DNA of 64,000 bases from the human T2T-CHM13v2.0 reference genome, Homo sapiens: NCBI RefSeq assembly GCF_009914755.1, contig NC_060940.1. The stretch is one strand, 5' to 3'. This document shows positions 1 through 14,800 of this stretch, in pieces; position 1 is the stretch's first letter; the number at the start of each line of letters is the position of its first letter. Made by a program: the position numbers and the translations under genes. The notes beneath the pieces were generated by a model that saw only the letters and a program-made list of their open reading frames with translations, was not told the origin of the DNA and made no database searches.

Positions 1-234
1 ATTTACTTCTGAAAGGTAGGAGAAACCATCTGGTGGCATTGTTTCCACCTTCCTTGGCCTCCTACTTCCTTGGAAGTATAGAAAGGACCCAGTCAAAGAT
101 ACTAGCTCTTTTCTACACTTCCACCTCTCATACCTTCAGCCAAGCCCTCTCCCCATAGACTTTCCACCAGCTCCATACAATATCCATAACCCTTCAGGTA
201 CAAAGCACCCCCTGAAGATTACATAGGAAATACC

Positions 235-744
235 TGTATTGGTAAGCAGATTCTCCATAGAGCAGAACCAAGAAGACATAGGGAAATATATAGAAATATT
301 TATTACCAGTGATTGGCTCATGTGTTTATGAAGTCTGAGAAGTCCCACAATCTGCATACTGCAAGCTGGAGGCCCAGGAACACTACTGATGTAGTCCTAG
401 TCCAACCCCAAGGGCCTGAGAACCAGAGGAGCCCATGGTAAAAGTCCCAGTTCAAGTCCAAAGGCCCAAGAACCATGAGCACTGATGTCTAAGGGCAGGA
501 AAATATGGATGTCCCAGCTCAAGCAGGGAGTGAATCTGCCTTTCCTCAGCCTTTTTGTCCTACTTGGGCCCTTGATGAACTGGATGATGCCATCCCCATT
601 GGCACAGGTGGCTCTTCACTCAGTCTACCAATTCAAATACTCATCTCTTCCAGAAACACCCTCAAAGACACACCCAGAAATAATGTTTTACCATCTCTCT
701 GGGCATCGCTTAACCCGGTCAAGTTGACACAAAATTAACCATCA
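235..744 (-). mobile_element. MLT2B-type ERVL solo LTR
   Basis: Reverse complement begins TGATGGTTAATTTTGTGTCAACTTGAC and ends ...AATACA, with the typical MLT2B body (GGGACATCCAT, CCAGCTTGCAG). Confidence 0.85.
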
Positions 745-1224
745 GTCTCCCACAAACAATGCTTTAAGAGGGAGATACAAAACATTCTCTTTAACCAAAA
801 GTAACTCCCTCAGAAATTGGTCATGGGACCAAAAAGTCCATCACTCAACTCATTTCTCTGGATGAATTAAAAACTCAAAAGGCAACTGACTAGGGAGATG
901 GCAAACATAGGAAGTTATTATCAGCCATAAGCCCTCCAGCTACAATGAACTTATCAGATTTGCTCTGTCCACCAGCAAGCTTGATGAAATGGGATCTTGG
1001 ACACCAAATGCACGTTTGGGGATCTAAAAAGGAAAAATGCCTGGGGCCCAAGGTGCTGAGCAATCTAAGTGGTTTTCCTTAGTTATGAGACTAATGGGGA
1101 GGAGGCAATCACTACACAACACGGGTAATACATGCCCAGAGAAAGAACATAACCCAAAGGAGAAAACACATGCAGAGGTAGGAAAAGACGGTGATGATGA
1201 TAATCAAATCAGTAGCCACAGCTA

Positions 1225-1415
1225 CCATTCAGTGAGAAGGCACAATGTCAGGCACTTAGCATACATTAGCTTATTCAATTTTCATGATCCATATGCTAAA
1301 CAGATATTCTCAGTTCCATTTTACAGATGAGTAAATTGAGGCTCATAGACAATTCATTTCTTACCTAGTCATACAATAAGTGGTAGGTTTAGGGTTCAAA
1401 CCCAGATTCCTCTCC
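1225..1415 (-). mobile_element. MIR SINE
   Basis: Core CCATTTTACAGATGAGTAAATTGAGGCTCA...GGGTTCAAACCCAG. Confidence 0.8.
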
Positions 1416-1884
1416 AATGGTTGTCATTATTCCATTTGACTATACTATCTTCCTAACAATGCAACAGTTATAGTTAGGGAGCACATGTGGTTTCTCATGG
1501 AAGAAGAAAAAATGTAGGGGGAAACCCCCACTAGATTTCTCTAAAGTCTTGGCCTAGAACAATGAAAATGCTAGGGAACTAAACTGATGATTGCTCCTTG
1601 GCCTCACACCTCACCATTTACCTAAGTCTATGGCTCCCAACTGGGGACTCAGTTGTTGCATGGGATCTGCGTGTCCATATGCACACTAACCCCTGTCTGC
1701 AGACAAAATACATCATGCACATATCAAGATATTTCTGTAATTAGTCATATACCAGTTGATTCTAAAATGTTATTGAATTCACAAGATATTTATCATTGTA
1801 TATTTTCAAACCTAGGAATATTAAAAGTATAATTAGAATCATGTGGGATAGAGGTATTTGTCATTAAAAGGGGATTTTCAATTC

Positions 1885-2428
1885 TACAATCCAGAAATTC
1901 CATTCCTAGATATTTACTCAACAGAAATGCATCAATCCGCTCATCAATAATTGACATTGTGCAGTAACAGTCATAGCAGCATATTCACAATTTCCCCCAA
2001 AGTGGAAATGACCCAAATGCCAACAAAAGTGGAATGGGTAAGAACATGGTGGTACGGTCACACAGTACAATGCTGCATGGTAATAAAAGCAGACAGACTA
2101 CGACTACACCCAACAACAGGATGACTCACAATTGTGATACACAGCAAGGGAGCCAGACACATTTAAAAGCACTCACTGTGTAATCCCTTTTATATCATAT
2201 TCAAAAACAAGCAAAATTCATCTATGCTGTTAGAAGTCAGGAGGAAGATTACCTTGAGGGATGGATGGAAAGTGAGTGAGGGAATCTTCTAGAGACACTT
2301 ATAACGTTCACTTTCTTGATCTGGGTGTTGGTTACATAGGTGTATACAGTTTGTGAAAATTCCATGAGCTGTGAATGTGATTTGTATTTTTTTAATTTAT
2401 GTGATATCTTAATCAACATTCAAAAAAC
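1885..2428 (+). mobile_element. Old L1 (L1ME-like) 3' fragment
   Basis: CCAGAAATTCCATTCCTAGATATTTACTCA...TCATAGCAGCATATTCACAAT...CTATGCTGTTAGAAGTCAGGA, typical L1M 3' end. Confidence 0.75.
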
Positions 2429-2519
2429 AGAGAGAGTTGTATGACAAAGATAACCCACTGCTCTGTAGCAAAGTTCTTCCCAGCCAGGCTGGGCACTTAC
2501 CCTTTGCCAAACACGCAAA

Positions 2520-2960
2520 TCTTTTTCATCCCTATTTTTGCTCAGGCCATATTCTCACCTTCAAATTACCCAACTCACCATCTCTGTCCATTAAAACACT
2601 TTCCATTTTTTGAAACCCAGCTCAAGGGCCCCACCTCCAAGGAACCTTTCCATTTCTGTAGCCAGAAGGGAATTCTTGCTGCCCCAAACCCTAGAGTGCT
2701 TGGATAGCATTTCTCGGACCACAACTCTGAGGTCTTTTGAGCCCCATATATAGCCTGGCAAGTGACAGGTCATTGAGATAGGTTTTCTGTTGTAAGAACA
2801 TCTACCTTAACCTCATAATGCAGTGATCTGTGTTTGCTTTACTTCCTGCCTTCAGGAAGCTCTTGGGAGAAATAGGTCTACGTGTCTTTGTATTACTCAC
2901 CACATCCAACCCATAACCATGCATATTTTAGATGCTCAGGTAATGTTTTTGAATAAAGAT
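2520..2960 (+). mobile_element. L2 3' fragment
   Basis: CCCAGCTCAAGGGCCCCACCTCCAAGGAACCTT and a degenerate L2 terminus (GATGCTCAGGTAATGTTTTTGAATAAAG). Confidence 0.55.
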
Positions 2961-3030
2961 AAATGTCACCTGTGAAAAGAATTTGCAGTGAAAGAGACAC
3001 CTTGAAGATCTCAGCAGATCTACTATGTTA

Positions 3031-3356
3031 CTTTTGTTTTCTCTGCCACTCTGTGGCCCAGGCTGGAGTGCAGTGGCATGACCACAGCTCACTGCAGCCT
3101 TGGGCTCAAGTGACCTCCCATTTGACCTCCTGAGCTCAAGTGATCCTCCCATCTCAGCCTCCCAAGTAGCTGAGAGTACAAGAGAATGTTACCACACCCA
3201 ACTATTTTTTTTTTTTTTTTTTTTTTTTGTTGTTGTTGTAGAGACCTGGTCTTGCTCTTTTGCCCAGGCTGGTCTCAAACTCCTGAGCTCAAGCAATCCT
3301 CCCACCTCAGCCTCCCAAAGTGCTGGGATTACAGGTGTGAGCCACCATATCCAGCC
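3031..3356 (-). mobile_element. AluJ with internal ~21-bp duplication and expanded T-rich linker
   Basis: AluJ-type CACAGCTCACTGCAGCCT and GCTCAAGCAATCCTCCC; GCTCAAGTGA-CTCCCAT occurs twice (3104-3152). Confidence 0.9.
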
Positions 3357-4607
3357 CTATTTCATGTCTTTATAAAAGAAAATATAGAAGACTTCAATAT
3401 GAGGTCACCCTTTCTCCTCAGTGGCTGGAATTTTATTGGGTTTGTACTTAATTGAAAGCCCCCTTGGGGGGTCAACTTATCCACACAGGCAAAAATGTGA
3501 GCTTTTCAATCAGAAAACTGAAGGCAGCTGAGATGTCTGGATCATAGTGATGAACAGGTTCAGCCCAATTCCAAGTTCCTTGGATCAACCTTGGCAGATG
3601 CTTCCACATACTAAGAAAAGGCATCCAACAATCAGATCAGCACAGCAATATGCAATGAAAAATGACAAGAGTGGCATCAACAGACAAGCGTTTAAGCCCA
3701 CTCCAGCTTTGTCTCCCAGAAGAACAACAGTATTTCTCAAGAGTCCCCGATGTGCCCTCAATCTGTAATTCTGCTCCCCCTTCCCTCTTTTCTTCCCTTT
3801 CCAATAAGCTGCACATTGTTCAAGACAAATTCACTGTGAAATGATTTTTTTTAATCATTAGGGCAAAATGAGCAGTGTTAGAGTGCTAAGATTCCTGAAT
3901 TAATAAAATTGCTGCCATCCATGATTTTAACTTTCTCTTTTCTGTTGACAGAAGCCAAGACATTAGGAGATATTTTCCAGCACTACAGTCAAACTGTGCA
4001 TTTTTAGATTTGTGGGCAGGCCGAGTGATCTCCAGCCAGAGTCTCAGCCCTCAGTTCTACATTCCTATGTCATTCTCTTACCACAGCATCATTTCTGGTC
4101 TCCTCCAAGTCATTGCTTTGGAGAAAATGAAGCACATTTTCAGAATATAAGAATAACCCAGGCAACCTAAGGCCAACTAACAAGGCAGTTGGTGAAGTCA
4201 GCAGAAGCAAGAGCTGATATTAGCAACATACATGTGGGTAACACCTTCCATCATGAAGATCTGTATCAAGACATTTTATACCTGCACCAAGAATCTCATT
4301 GGTGGGTGCAGCTTACAGGTTCAAGCACCCTAAAGGGTCCACATCTTTTCCTGTTTTTATTAAAAGTACAAGGAAACATGGCACTTAAAATAGGTATGCC
4401 AGGACTAACCTACTTACATTCAGGTCTCAACTTGAATTTCCTTTCTCATGAAAGCCTGGCCCAGTACCAGTTAGGAGCTGGACACTCTTAACATTCTTCC
4501 TCTATGTCACTTGCTGCAATTGTAATTTACTAATTACGTATGTGATCATCTCTTCACAGAAATTTAAGTTCCATGCAGACAAGGATTGAATCTGTCTTGT
4601 CCATGGC

Positions 4608-5149
<542 letters not shown>

Positions 5150-5662
5150 TAGGTCTCTTCATTTCCAGCTAGCAGGTAATTCTTGATGCTTTCAGATCAC
5201 CCCCTACCAGAAAAAGCACTAGTGAATTCCTCATACCCATGTGAATAAAATGAAAGCTCCATAGCTTGGAATACTCCATGTGGTCCCCAACCTGTTTTCA
5301 ATTCCCTTCCCACATGATCCCTCAACATTCCCCTTCATGCAGGAAGCCTTTCCTAATTATCTTCTACCTGAAGATGTAACCAAATACTCCCACCGCATTT
5401 TCTAGAACTTTGTAAATGTTTAATTTTATAAATTAGAAAGCATATGCTAAATTGTTCCTAGTAGTCTGGAAGGATCTTCCAGCCATAACCTAGATCGTAT
5501 TGGTCTTTGTTTATCCAAAAATGCCGAACACTCTGTTTGACCCATAATAGCTTTTCAAAAACATTTCTTGAATTTAATCAAGTTAATTCTTTCATTTATT
5601 CTTTGAAACACCCAGTTTCTATTTACCAAGGACCACCACACCCCAGGGATAAAAATGTAGAA

Positions 5663-5827
5663 TTGTGTGACCTTAGGCACCAGCCTTAACTCTTCTAAAC
5701 CTTGGTTTCTTTCTCTGTAAAATGATCTCTGCTATGAACCAGGTAAGATAATGCATGTGAAACACTTAGCCTACTGTCTGGCACATAGTATATGCTCAAT
5801 AAATGTTAACCTGATATTATTATTATT
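5663..5827 (+). mobile_element. MIR SINE
   Basis: TGTGTGACCTTAGGCA...CTGTAAAATG...GGCACATAGTATATGCTCAATAAATG. Confidence 0.8.
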
Positions 5828-5828
5828 G

Positions 5829-5910
5829 TCTCCCAAGGCAGTCTGTTCCATTGCCAGGCAGCTACAATACTAAAGCATTCTTCCCAGTTCTGAGTAAAAA
5901 TATAGCTTCC
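5829..5910 (-). mobile_element. L3/CR1 fragment
   Basis: CTCCCAAGGCAGTCTGTTCCATTG...CAGCT...AAAGCATTCTTCC resembles the L3 3' region. Confidence 0.5.
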
Positions 5911-6884
5911 AACGACATGAAGCCAAGATTCATTGATCTTAGCTTCCTTGCTTGTGAGCAAGAAGAATCAAGTGACTTCTAAGCAGGCTCAGATAATACT
6001 TCTAAAAACCTGATTCTCGGTACCAGGCCTGGACTGAAACGAGGAAACTGAGGTCAACTAGGGAGAGAGAGCTGGATTTCATTAATTCCATGGATTTCTA
6101 AGAAGAGCTAAGGTTCTTTAAATGGGTTCCTTTTCTACCTTACAAGTTTCTCTCTGGGAGTCCAATATACTGCTTAAATTTCATTTATTTCCTCCAGCTG
6201 TAGTGTTTGGGTAAGCAAAATTCTGCAAAATGACTTCACCATTGGCAGTCATTTGCCCTTGGCCAAACTGACTTGCAATTATTCTCAGAGTGTCAGAAGT
6301 TTCCAAATTAGCTTAGTCCCTGTCTAGTGCTGAGTAGGCTCCTCAGGGTGGGTCATGTCCATGCCCTGGGCCTCGTGCAGGATGGATCCCATTGCCCCTG
6401 AAGAGTAGGTGCCCCATTGTCCATTTTCCCCCACAACTGATTCAGTTCCTGCTGGTAACTATGACATTGACATTTCTATTTTTTCAGCATCCTGCACCCA
6501 CTTCCACTAGACTCTTCTGTCTCTGGTTTTATTTTTTTAAGTAAATGACCTCTAACTGACAGACGCTTCCCTTCTTGGAGACCAGGCTTTTCACTTTCTT
6601 CAATGCACTCTAAAACTGTTGTGTTGTGCTCTCAGGTTAGACAAGCCAAGCTGTAGAGAAGCTTCCACACCCACACACAGGTACTGGGCTTAATTTTCAG
6701 AATTCTGAAACGATTTCCAGAAAAGTTAAGAAGCTTCTGCAGCTCTTCAGGGGTTACAATTACTTATTTTCATGTACACACTAACTTTAGAATAATCCAC
6801 AATTTTTCTTCAACTCAAGCACCCAAGAGAAAATAAACTGTGTAGTATTTTTTTTAACAAAGTTCACTAAGTATCTACTATATT

Positions 6885-7340
6885 CCACTGCAGACAGCAC
6901 TAACCTCCCAACTGACCCTCTGTCTCTAATTTTGTCTTTAATCTATTCTCTACCAGATCAGAGGAATGTTTTAAAATATATAAATCAGAATATCTTACAG
7001 CCCTGCTTAGATGTGCTCAATGGCTTCAGTTCTACTCAGAAGGAAATCATGGACTTCAAAGCCCTATTCCTCTGGCTTCTGGCATTTCTCCACTCACACC
7101 GTCTTCTCATTTGCTCACCACACACAAGCACACAGAACTTCTTACAGCTCCTCAAATGTGTCGTATCTTTCCTGGCAAAGGCTCACAGTTTTGCACCAAC
7201 TCTTCCTTCCACCTGGATTACTCTTCCCTAAGGTCTAAATATCTGGCTCGGTCTCATTCTTTTGCCTCCATCATAAATTTAACTTCCTCTGAGAACTCTA
7301 GAGTAGAACCCTCTTCCTAACTATGCAAAGCTGCTCTTTC
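6885..7340 (+). mobile_element. L2 fragment
   Basis: TTTTAAAATATATAAATCAGA...CCCTGCTTA...TCAATGGCTTC...CTTCCACCTGGATTACTCTTCCC. Confidence 0.7.
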
Positions 7341-8015
7341 AGTAATTTAGCGTATTTTCTTAACAGCCAGCCATACTCAGTGCCAGGCTTCTTAGAATTG
7401 CCATGATTTATGCAGATGATGGCACCAATTTCAAATAAATAAAAAGACTAATGAGAAGAGTCTTCAAACACAGAGTTGCTGCATTACTTCCTCTGGAGGG
7501 AGAAAAACAGTAACACAATAACAACCTTTAGTCATTAAACTTATGTGAGTCGTATATAAAAGCTACCTCCCTAACAGCCCCAGAGACATTGCTAGGCAGC
7601 ATGATTAAAAAGAAAATATTCTCCTTCCTTCTCTTGAGCAGTGCCTTGTTTGCATTTTAAGAAGGAAATCCTACCATGATGGAGCTTCTCTCTGTCACTG
7701 GAAGAGCCAAGTTTGATATAATTGCAACAATAGGTTTCCTCTTTAACATTCCAATGTCCTTCTAGGACTGAATTATCAACCCACTTCACACTCCTTAGAT
7801 GATGCGAAAACAATAAAATTAAGCAGAGACATTTCCTCTTGATCACTGTCCATTGTTGTGCTCTTCAAAAGACAGACACTTGACATAGAAACTTCGGTCA
7901 TCAGTGAACAAATAAGCCTATGGTTAATAAACCTAGCAAGAAGCAAATCCTAATTTCACAAATTCTGGAAATTGAAGAAATTCAAAATCAAAATAGAATT
8001 TAAAAGTAGCAATCA

Positions 8016-8560
<545 letters not shown>

Positions 8561-8929
8561 GCCGGAAAGACTTGGGAGTAAATAAATCATATTTAACAGA
8601 CACACACAGTAACCAAGTACTAGGAGTCCCAAAGGAGAAAGGTTTCTGTAAGTGGTTATGCAAGGCTTCTGCTACCTTGCCAAAATCTTGAGACACCAAT
8701 AAGTGTGGTTGTCCTACTCAACCTCATGTGATTCAGTCTGACAAAAAGTTGTAGGGATTCATGCAACATCTCCCTTCTCTTGCAACTGGGGCAGATCTTT
8801 CGTACCTAACCCTTGTCTGTCTGAGCTGTTACACTAGAGCCCTACCACCAGTTTCTTCTTTCATCATGCAGTCAATTGTCATCCTAAATCTCTGTTCTCA
8901 TCACTTTGACTTCCTGCACCCATTACGTA

Positions 8930-9110
8930 TTAGACCAACTGGGTATGAATCCCAGCTTTTCCACTTACTATGTGGGGAACCTTGAATGTGTTACTTAACC
9001 AAGTCTTAGGTTAGGTACCCTCATCTTAAGTGAGACTAGAGTGACTTGCCCACAATGTTCTTTTGAGGATCTCGTTTATAATGACTCCTCAAAAAATGGT
9101 AGCTATGTTA
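8930..9110 (+). mobile_element. MIR SINE
   Basis: CTGGGTATGAATCCCAGCTTTTCCACTTACTATGTG...GTTACTTAACC. Confidence 0.7.
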
Positions 9111-9234
9111 CAAAATAAAGCACTGAGAATGTAAGACTTACGTGTGTGTGGCTCTACTAGTATTTCCAGGTTTACACCACACAGATGCCCTTCAAGAATT
9201 TTTACCACTGAAGTCCGCCTTCTCTCCTGTAGAC

Positions 9235-9520
9235 CAGCATTTCTCCAAGTGTGGTTCTTGCACCCTCTGGATCAGACTCATGGGCAGTGCTTTGAACATA
9301 CAGATTCCTAGGCCTTGTTCATTGGAACCTCTGGGAATGATCTTGACTATCTTCATTATTTATTATTTATTTTTAAACTTAATTGAAAGTTCCAAGATAT
9401 GTACGTAGATGTTCAGGTTTGTTACATAGGCAAATATGTGCCATGGTGGTTTGCTGCACCTATCAACCCATCACCTAGGTATTAAGCCCCAGATGCATTA
9501 GCTTTCATTTTTAAAGCCTC
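9235..9520. mobile_element. MER5A (hAT-Charlie) interrupted by an L1PA fragment
   Basis: CAGCATTTCTCCAAGTGTGGT...ACAGATTCCTAGGCC, resuming as TTCATTTTTAAAGCCTCC after the L1. Confidence 0.6.
9357..9503 (-). mobile_element. 5'-truncated L1PA 3' end (~150 bp)
   Basis: CAGGTTTGTTACATAGG...GCCATGGTGGTTTGCTGCACCTATCAACCCATCACCTAGGTATTAAGCCC; flanked by TTCATT on both sides. Confidence 0.85.
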
Positions 9521-9589
9521 CTCTCTACTCCAGCAATATACACACACACCAATGACCAAGTCTTACTGCCCAGTCTATGATCATGTTCT

Positions 9590-9870
9590 GAGACTCCTCC
9601 AGCTCTCCTGTCACCCAAATGTCATCATTTGAAGTCTGTCTGGAATTCCTCCTCATTCATAAAACCTTTCCAGATTCTACCCTCCAAAAATAACATGTTC
9701 TTGTTTTGAATTATCACAGCATTTATTTCTATACATGATGACTCTCCCTAATGTTTTCAAGCTCCGTGAAGTGAAAGTTAGTATGCAACTCATACTAGTA
9801 TCTCCAAAGCTACCTGTCACAAGGCTTTGCCTGGAGTTAAGTGCTCAGTGAAAGTGAATTGAATAGACAG
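9590..9870 (+). mobile_element. L2 3' fragment
   Basis: AAGCTCCGTGAAG...GTATCTCCA...AAGTGCTCAGTGAAAGTGAATTGAA. Confidence 0.55.
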
Positions 9871-10559
9871 CATGGTGTCCAACCCAGTGTTTTTAGATCA
9901 TTTTGATAAACCACATGCATTAGACTACCAACCTGACTCAGGGGAGGAAGAGGAGGGAAACTGACAAAACAGACCTTGATCTCTTTCTCTCCTCTCCATT
10001 TTCTGATTCCTGCTGCCATCACCATCCCAGGTTGCCTCTATTCCTTAGCTCAAGTCTTGGGAAGGATGCAATGAGTGGGAGCCCTTCCCTACTTCTCTTT
10101 AGCACAGTTGAGACTGGTGATGAAATTAGGTTATTTCTCTTTTAATTTAAAAACAAAAAAGTTTATCCATATAGCAAGCACAAACAATGTAAAATCGTCA
10201 TGTTTCCCTGTTAGAGGCTCCTGTATAGCCCCAGTGACTGGAACAGTTTCTCTGGCATCTTGGCTGACTTCTGGCTGTGTGAGCCCTGCAGGTTGATTGC
10301 TGTGCTCACTGTAGCTTTGCTAAACAAAAACCAATCACTCAATCTGCTCCCTTCTTAAAGCACCCTACCATTTTTTGCTCCCACCCACCCACAGTCTCTT
10401 TATAGCCTGGATTTTGCTGAGAGGGACATACCTCATCCCTAGGCAGTGACAAGCCAGATGGCACTAACTATTCCCGTGTAATTTCAGACCCAAGAGTATG
10501 ATCACATTTCAATAGGATGAAAGTAATAATATTCATTTTCCATTCATTCTCATCTCACT

Positions 10560-10980
10560 ATTCCATGTCACTCACCCTGTAGTTCTTCAAACACACCAAG
10601 CTCTTTCCCATCTTAAGCCTGTGTATAAGCAATTTCCTCTATGTACAATGCCCTTTTCCCCTATTCACATGAATATATGAATTCTTCCTTTAAGAATCAT
10701 CTTTTCTTTTAAGCCTCAGTTTAAGTATTCAGTCCTCAAAAGAGGCTCCATGGCTGTATTTTTAAAGTTACCTTTCCCAATTCTTTTTCTACTTTAGTCC
10801 CTTTATTTCTTTCCTAGCACATACCATAGTCTATAATTCTTCTATTCATTGTTTTCATTGGCTTGCTTTTTGTCTGTATTTCCAAAAATGATAGAAACTG
10901 AACAAGATCAAGAGTTGTACCCATCTTCTTCATTTCTGACATGTAGTAGCAGCTCAATAAATATGTGTTGAATGATGGAA
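10560..10980 (+). mobile_element. L2 3' end
   Basis: GTTCTTCAAACACACCAAGCTC...GCTCAATAAATATGTGTTGAATGA. Confidence 0.75.
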
Positions 10981-11841
10981 TAAAATACACAATATATAAC
11001 CACAAGGAAGAAAAGGGAGTAACAATCAGATACATCAAATCTTTTATTCATATAGTGTGCAATTTTACAACCAGGAAATAACTTTTAATTTTCTAACAGT
11101 TAAGATCTCCATGTTACCTATATACTTTGGATTATTTTGCTGTCAAAAGAAATAGATCCTTTTCCTTCTGCTAGGTTGTGACTTACCATAATATTTATTC
11201 TATAGTCCCTTAAGAATAAATCTCTTTTATTCCCACTGAACCCAACTCCTAGAGATTACAACTTGACATCCTTATGAGACATCAACACAGGGAAGACAAC
11301 TTGAAGAAGCAGATGTGGCTATTTTAGAAGAAAAAAGAATTTCCACATACTGTTTTAACTTTGCAAGTCTCAAAGAATTCTTTCATGACAATACACTGAG
11401 AACTACTTCGTGAAAATAAATAGCCACAGAGGAATATGGATTTAATTGCTTGAAATGCTGCATTAGCTAAAATAAAACAGCTGTGATCACATTCTGGGGT
11501 AAAAACCATTGTTCAACAAAGAGTTCTATTAAAGATCACCCCAGTGATGAGTCTTGTTCTCTCAAACTCAGGCATGCCACTTCCTGGACCACCAGGGTAA
11601 CAGTGATTTCAATTTGGGGGGACATCTGAGTTGGAGAAATGTTGTCTACGCCATAGGGCACAGGACTGCTTAATAGATTTTTCTTTTTTCCCCCAAATAC
11701 AGAGCTCAAGTTACTCAAAATTACTCAGCAAAACAAATTCCTTTCATATTTCTATAATCCCAGGACACAAGAAAGGTGCTGGGCTGGCAGCTTGGACTTT
11801 CAGAGTTCCAGTTTACTCAAAAATGAGACGAATGAACTAAA

Positions 11842-11906
11842 AGATGAAATGAAGAGCAGAGTTTGTCCAAGTTCTTCCTGAGCAATCTCAATGAAGAGAC
11901 CTTGGT
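11842..11906 (+). repeat. 65-bp local direct copy of 14709-14773
   Basis: Manual ungapped alignment gives 57/65 identity. Confidence 0.9.
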
Positions 11907-13044
11907 CCCCAAGAATATGTCTCCAAGGTGGTGGTATTTTATATTTCTCAGGGTCAGAAACCACCTTGAGATACTGACAGGGCCATAGATCCCTCCACCT
12001 AAAATTCTCATGTATGTATCAGCACATAGTTTGAAACCCAACTTCCAGAACGTCTATAAACATCTAAAATTATATATGGCTCACAGGCTCAAAACTCCCA
12101 TTCTAAAAAAAAAAACAGAAGTAGGGCTTGAGATGGGAAAAGCCAAGAATTCAAGTGTTTTTTTTCCACCAACCACTATCATGTATCCATTTTAAATGCC
12201 TCTACCACACACCAGTCTCACCCCTAAGCCCTTCGCTGACCATTTGCAAATTTGACGCACAACCAATAGATCAAAGAAAGCAGATAAGTAGAAAGGGAAG
12301 TTGAAGGGAAGGGGAGCAGAGGAGCTTTTGAGCAGAAGCTCGAGTTGCAATATTCTGTAGAGTCCTACATTATTAATGTTATCCCCTTGACCTCACAAGC
12401 CAATGGTTCTCAAAGTTTAATATGCGTAAGAGTCAATCTGGGAAGGACAACTTAACATGCAGATTTCTAGGTCTCCCCTGGCGTCTGATTCAAAAGGATC
12501 TTATTAATATTTTATTAAACACTCAGCTGAAGCTAGTGGTCGATATCCTTTCATCCCCTGCTAAGGGAAACTTCCAGGGAAGAGCTGTAGGGAGAGGTTG
12601 CTAGAGGACTCAGCAACTGAAAATTGCCCAACGACTGATTATCAGCTAATCAGGAGCCTTAATTTCATCTGCAGGGTCCCTTTGCCATGTAAGATAACAT
12701 ATTCACGGGCGTGACGGCAGAAGGAGGAGGCCGTGGAGACTGAAATCTTTCCTTTGCCCACCTTTCCCACTTATTTCTCAAGACTCTCCTTCTCCGAGAT
12801 AACTCTCTAGTGATTTTGCCCCTCGAAAATGACTCGTCCCTTTTTGAATTCCTATTATACCTCGTTTCGCTGTTTATTGTGAACAATAAGCTGGAGATAA
12901 TATCTTTCACTTGTTCTCTAATTAGTTCATGTTTCTTCTTACCCAATACCCGATTAATAATGCTTTGGGAGCAAAACATGCTTTCAATGTCTCTTCATCT
13001 CACACAATATATAACCAATCACAAGCACAGAGTGGGTGCAACCA

Positions 13045-13925
13045 GCACTTGTTGCTTTCACCTACCCAGCATCTACTCCCCTTTTCTCCTCATTCTTCCC
13101 TGGTAACAGCATCTCAGTTTCTTTTTGGAGAACTGCTTTCCTCCAGCCCGCATCCTTTTGTTTCAGATGGGGCTAATCCCACCGCCATTCCAGGGGAGGG
13201 CAGATGATCTGGGTTGGGCCAATCAGCATAATCCATTTCCCTGGCTGCAGTGATTGGTTCATTATCATCACCTGACCTTTGCCTGCTAATGAGATTTCAG
13301 TCTCAGAACTTTCGCAAGTACGACCGAGGAAGTTGCTGAGTCATCTCTTTCCCTGTAAGTTGCTGGGGTTAGTGAGCTTCTGTCAGCCATCTAGTTACCA
13401 CTAGGGGAAGATCTGTTCAAGAATGGAGCAATACACATTTAAGCAGGACTGAGAGATACAGAGCCAGGGACAGAATCCTACAAACCTGGAGTATTAAGTC
13501 CATTTTCACACTGCTATAAAGATTACCCAAGAGCGGGTAATGTATAAAGGAAAGAGGCTTGACTCACAGTTCCGTATGGCTGGGGAGGCCTCAAGAAGCT
13601 TACAATCATGGCAGAAGGCAAAGGGAAGACACACATCTTCCTCGCAAGGTGGCAGGAGAGGGAAGTGAAGAGCCACAGGGAAGAGCCCCTTATAAAGCTA
13701 TCCGATCTCATGAAACTCACCCACTATCATGAGAACAGCCTGGAGGAAACCAACCCCATGATTCAATTACCTCCACCTGGCCTCTCCCTTTACACGTGGT
13801 GATTATGGGGATTACAATTCAAGATGAGATTTTGGGTGAGGACACAGCCAAACCATATCACCTGGTTTCTGGATTCAGCCAGGCCAGGAGCTAACCCTAC
13901 CTCCCGAACTTCTCAGTTCCACCCA
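13045..13925 (+). mobile_element. Old MLT1 (K/L-type) LTR interrupted by THE1D
   Basis: GGGCCAATCAGCATAATCCATTTCCCTGGCTGCAGTGATTGGTTCA; resumes after the THE1D as CTGGATTCAGCC...GAACTTCTCAGTT. Confidence 0.65.
13490..13860 (-). mobile_element. THE1D solo LTR
   Basis: Complete LTR ending CACAGCCAAACCATATCA; perfect 5-bp TSD CCTGG (13485-13489 / 13861-13865). Confidence 0.9.
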
Positions 13926-14189
13926 GTGTCCACATTAATCTCATGCTTAATGAACATTGATTTGTTAATACCTATTTTTATGCCTGGGAAATATTGAACA
14001 TATTTGGGTTCTGAAAGCCTACAAAATACCTCTTCACAAAATGTCAGTTGTTTACGTTGTTTGGTAAAGAAGACTCATGTGGTGATAAATTTTGACCTCT
14101 GGAACCACACAATTGAATTTGGATCCCAACTCTGCCACTCACAATTTGCATGACTTTGAGCAAGTCACTCAGAAATCTTTAAGCAGAGG

Positions 14190-14800
<611 letters not shown>

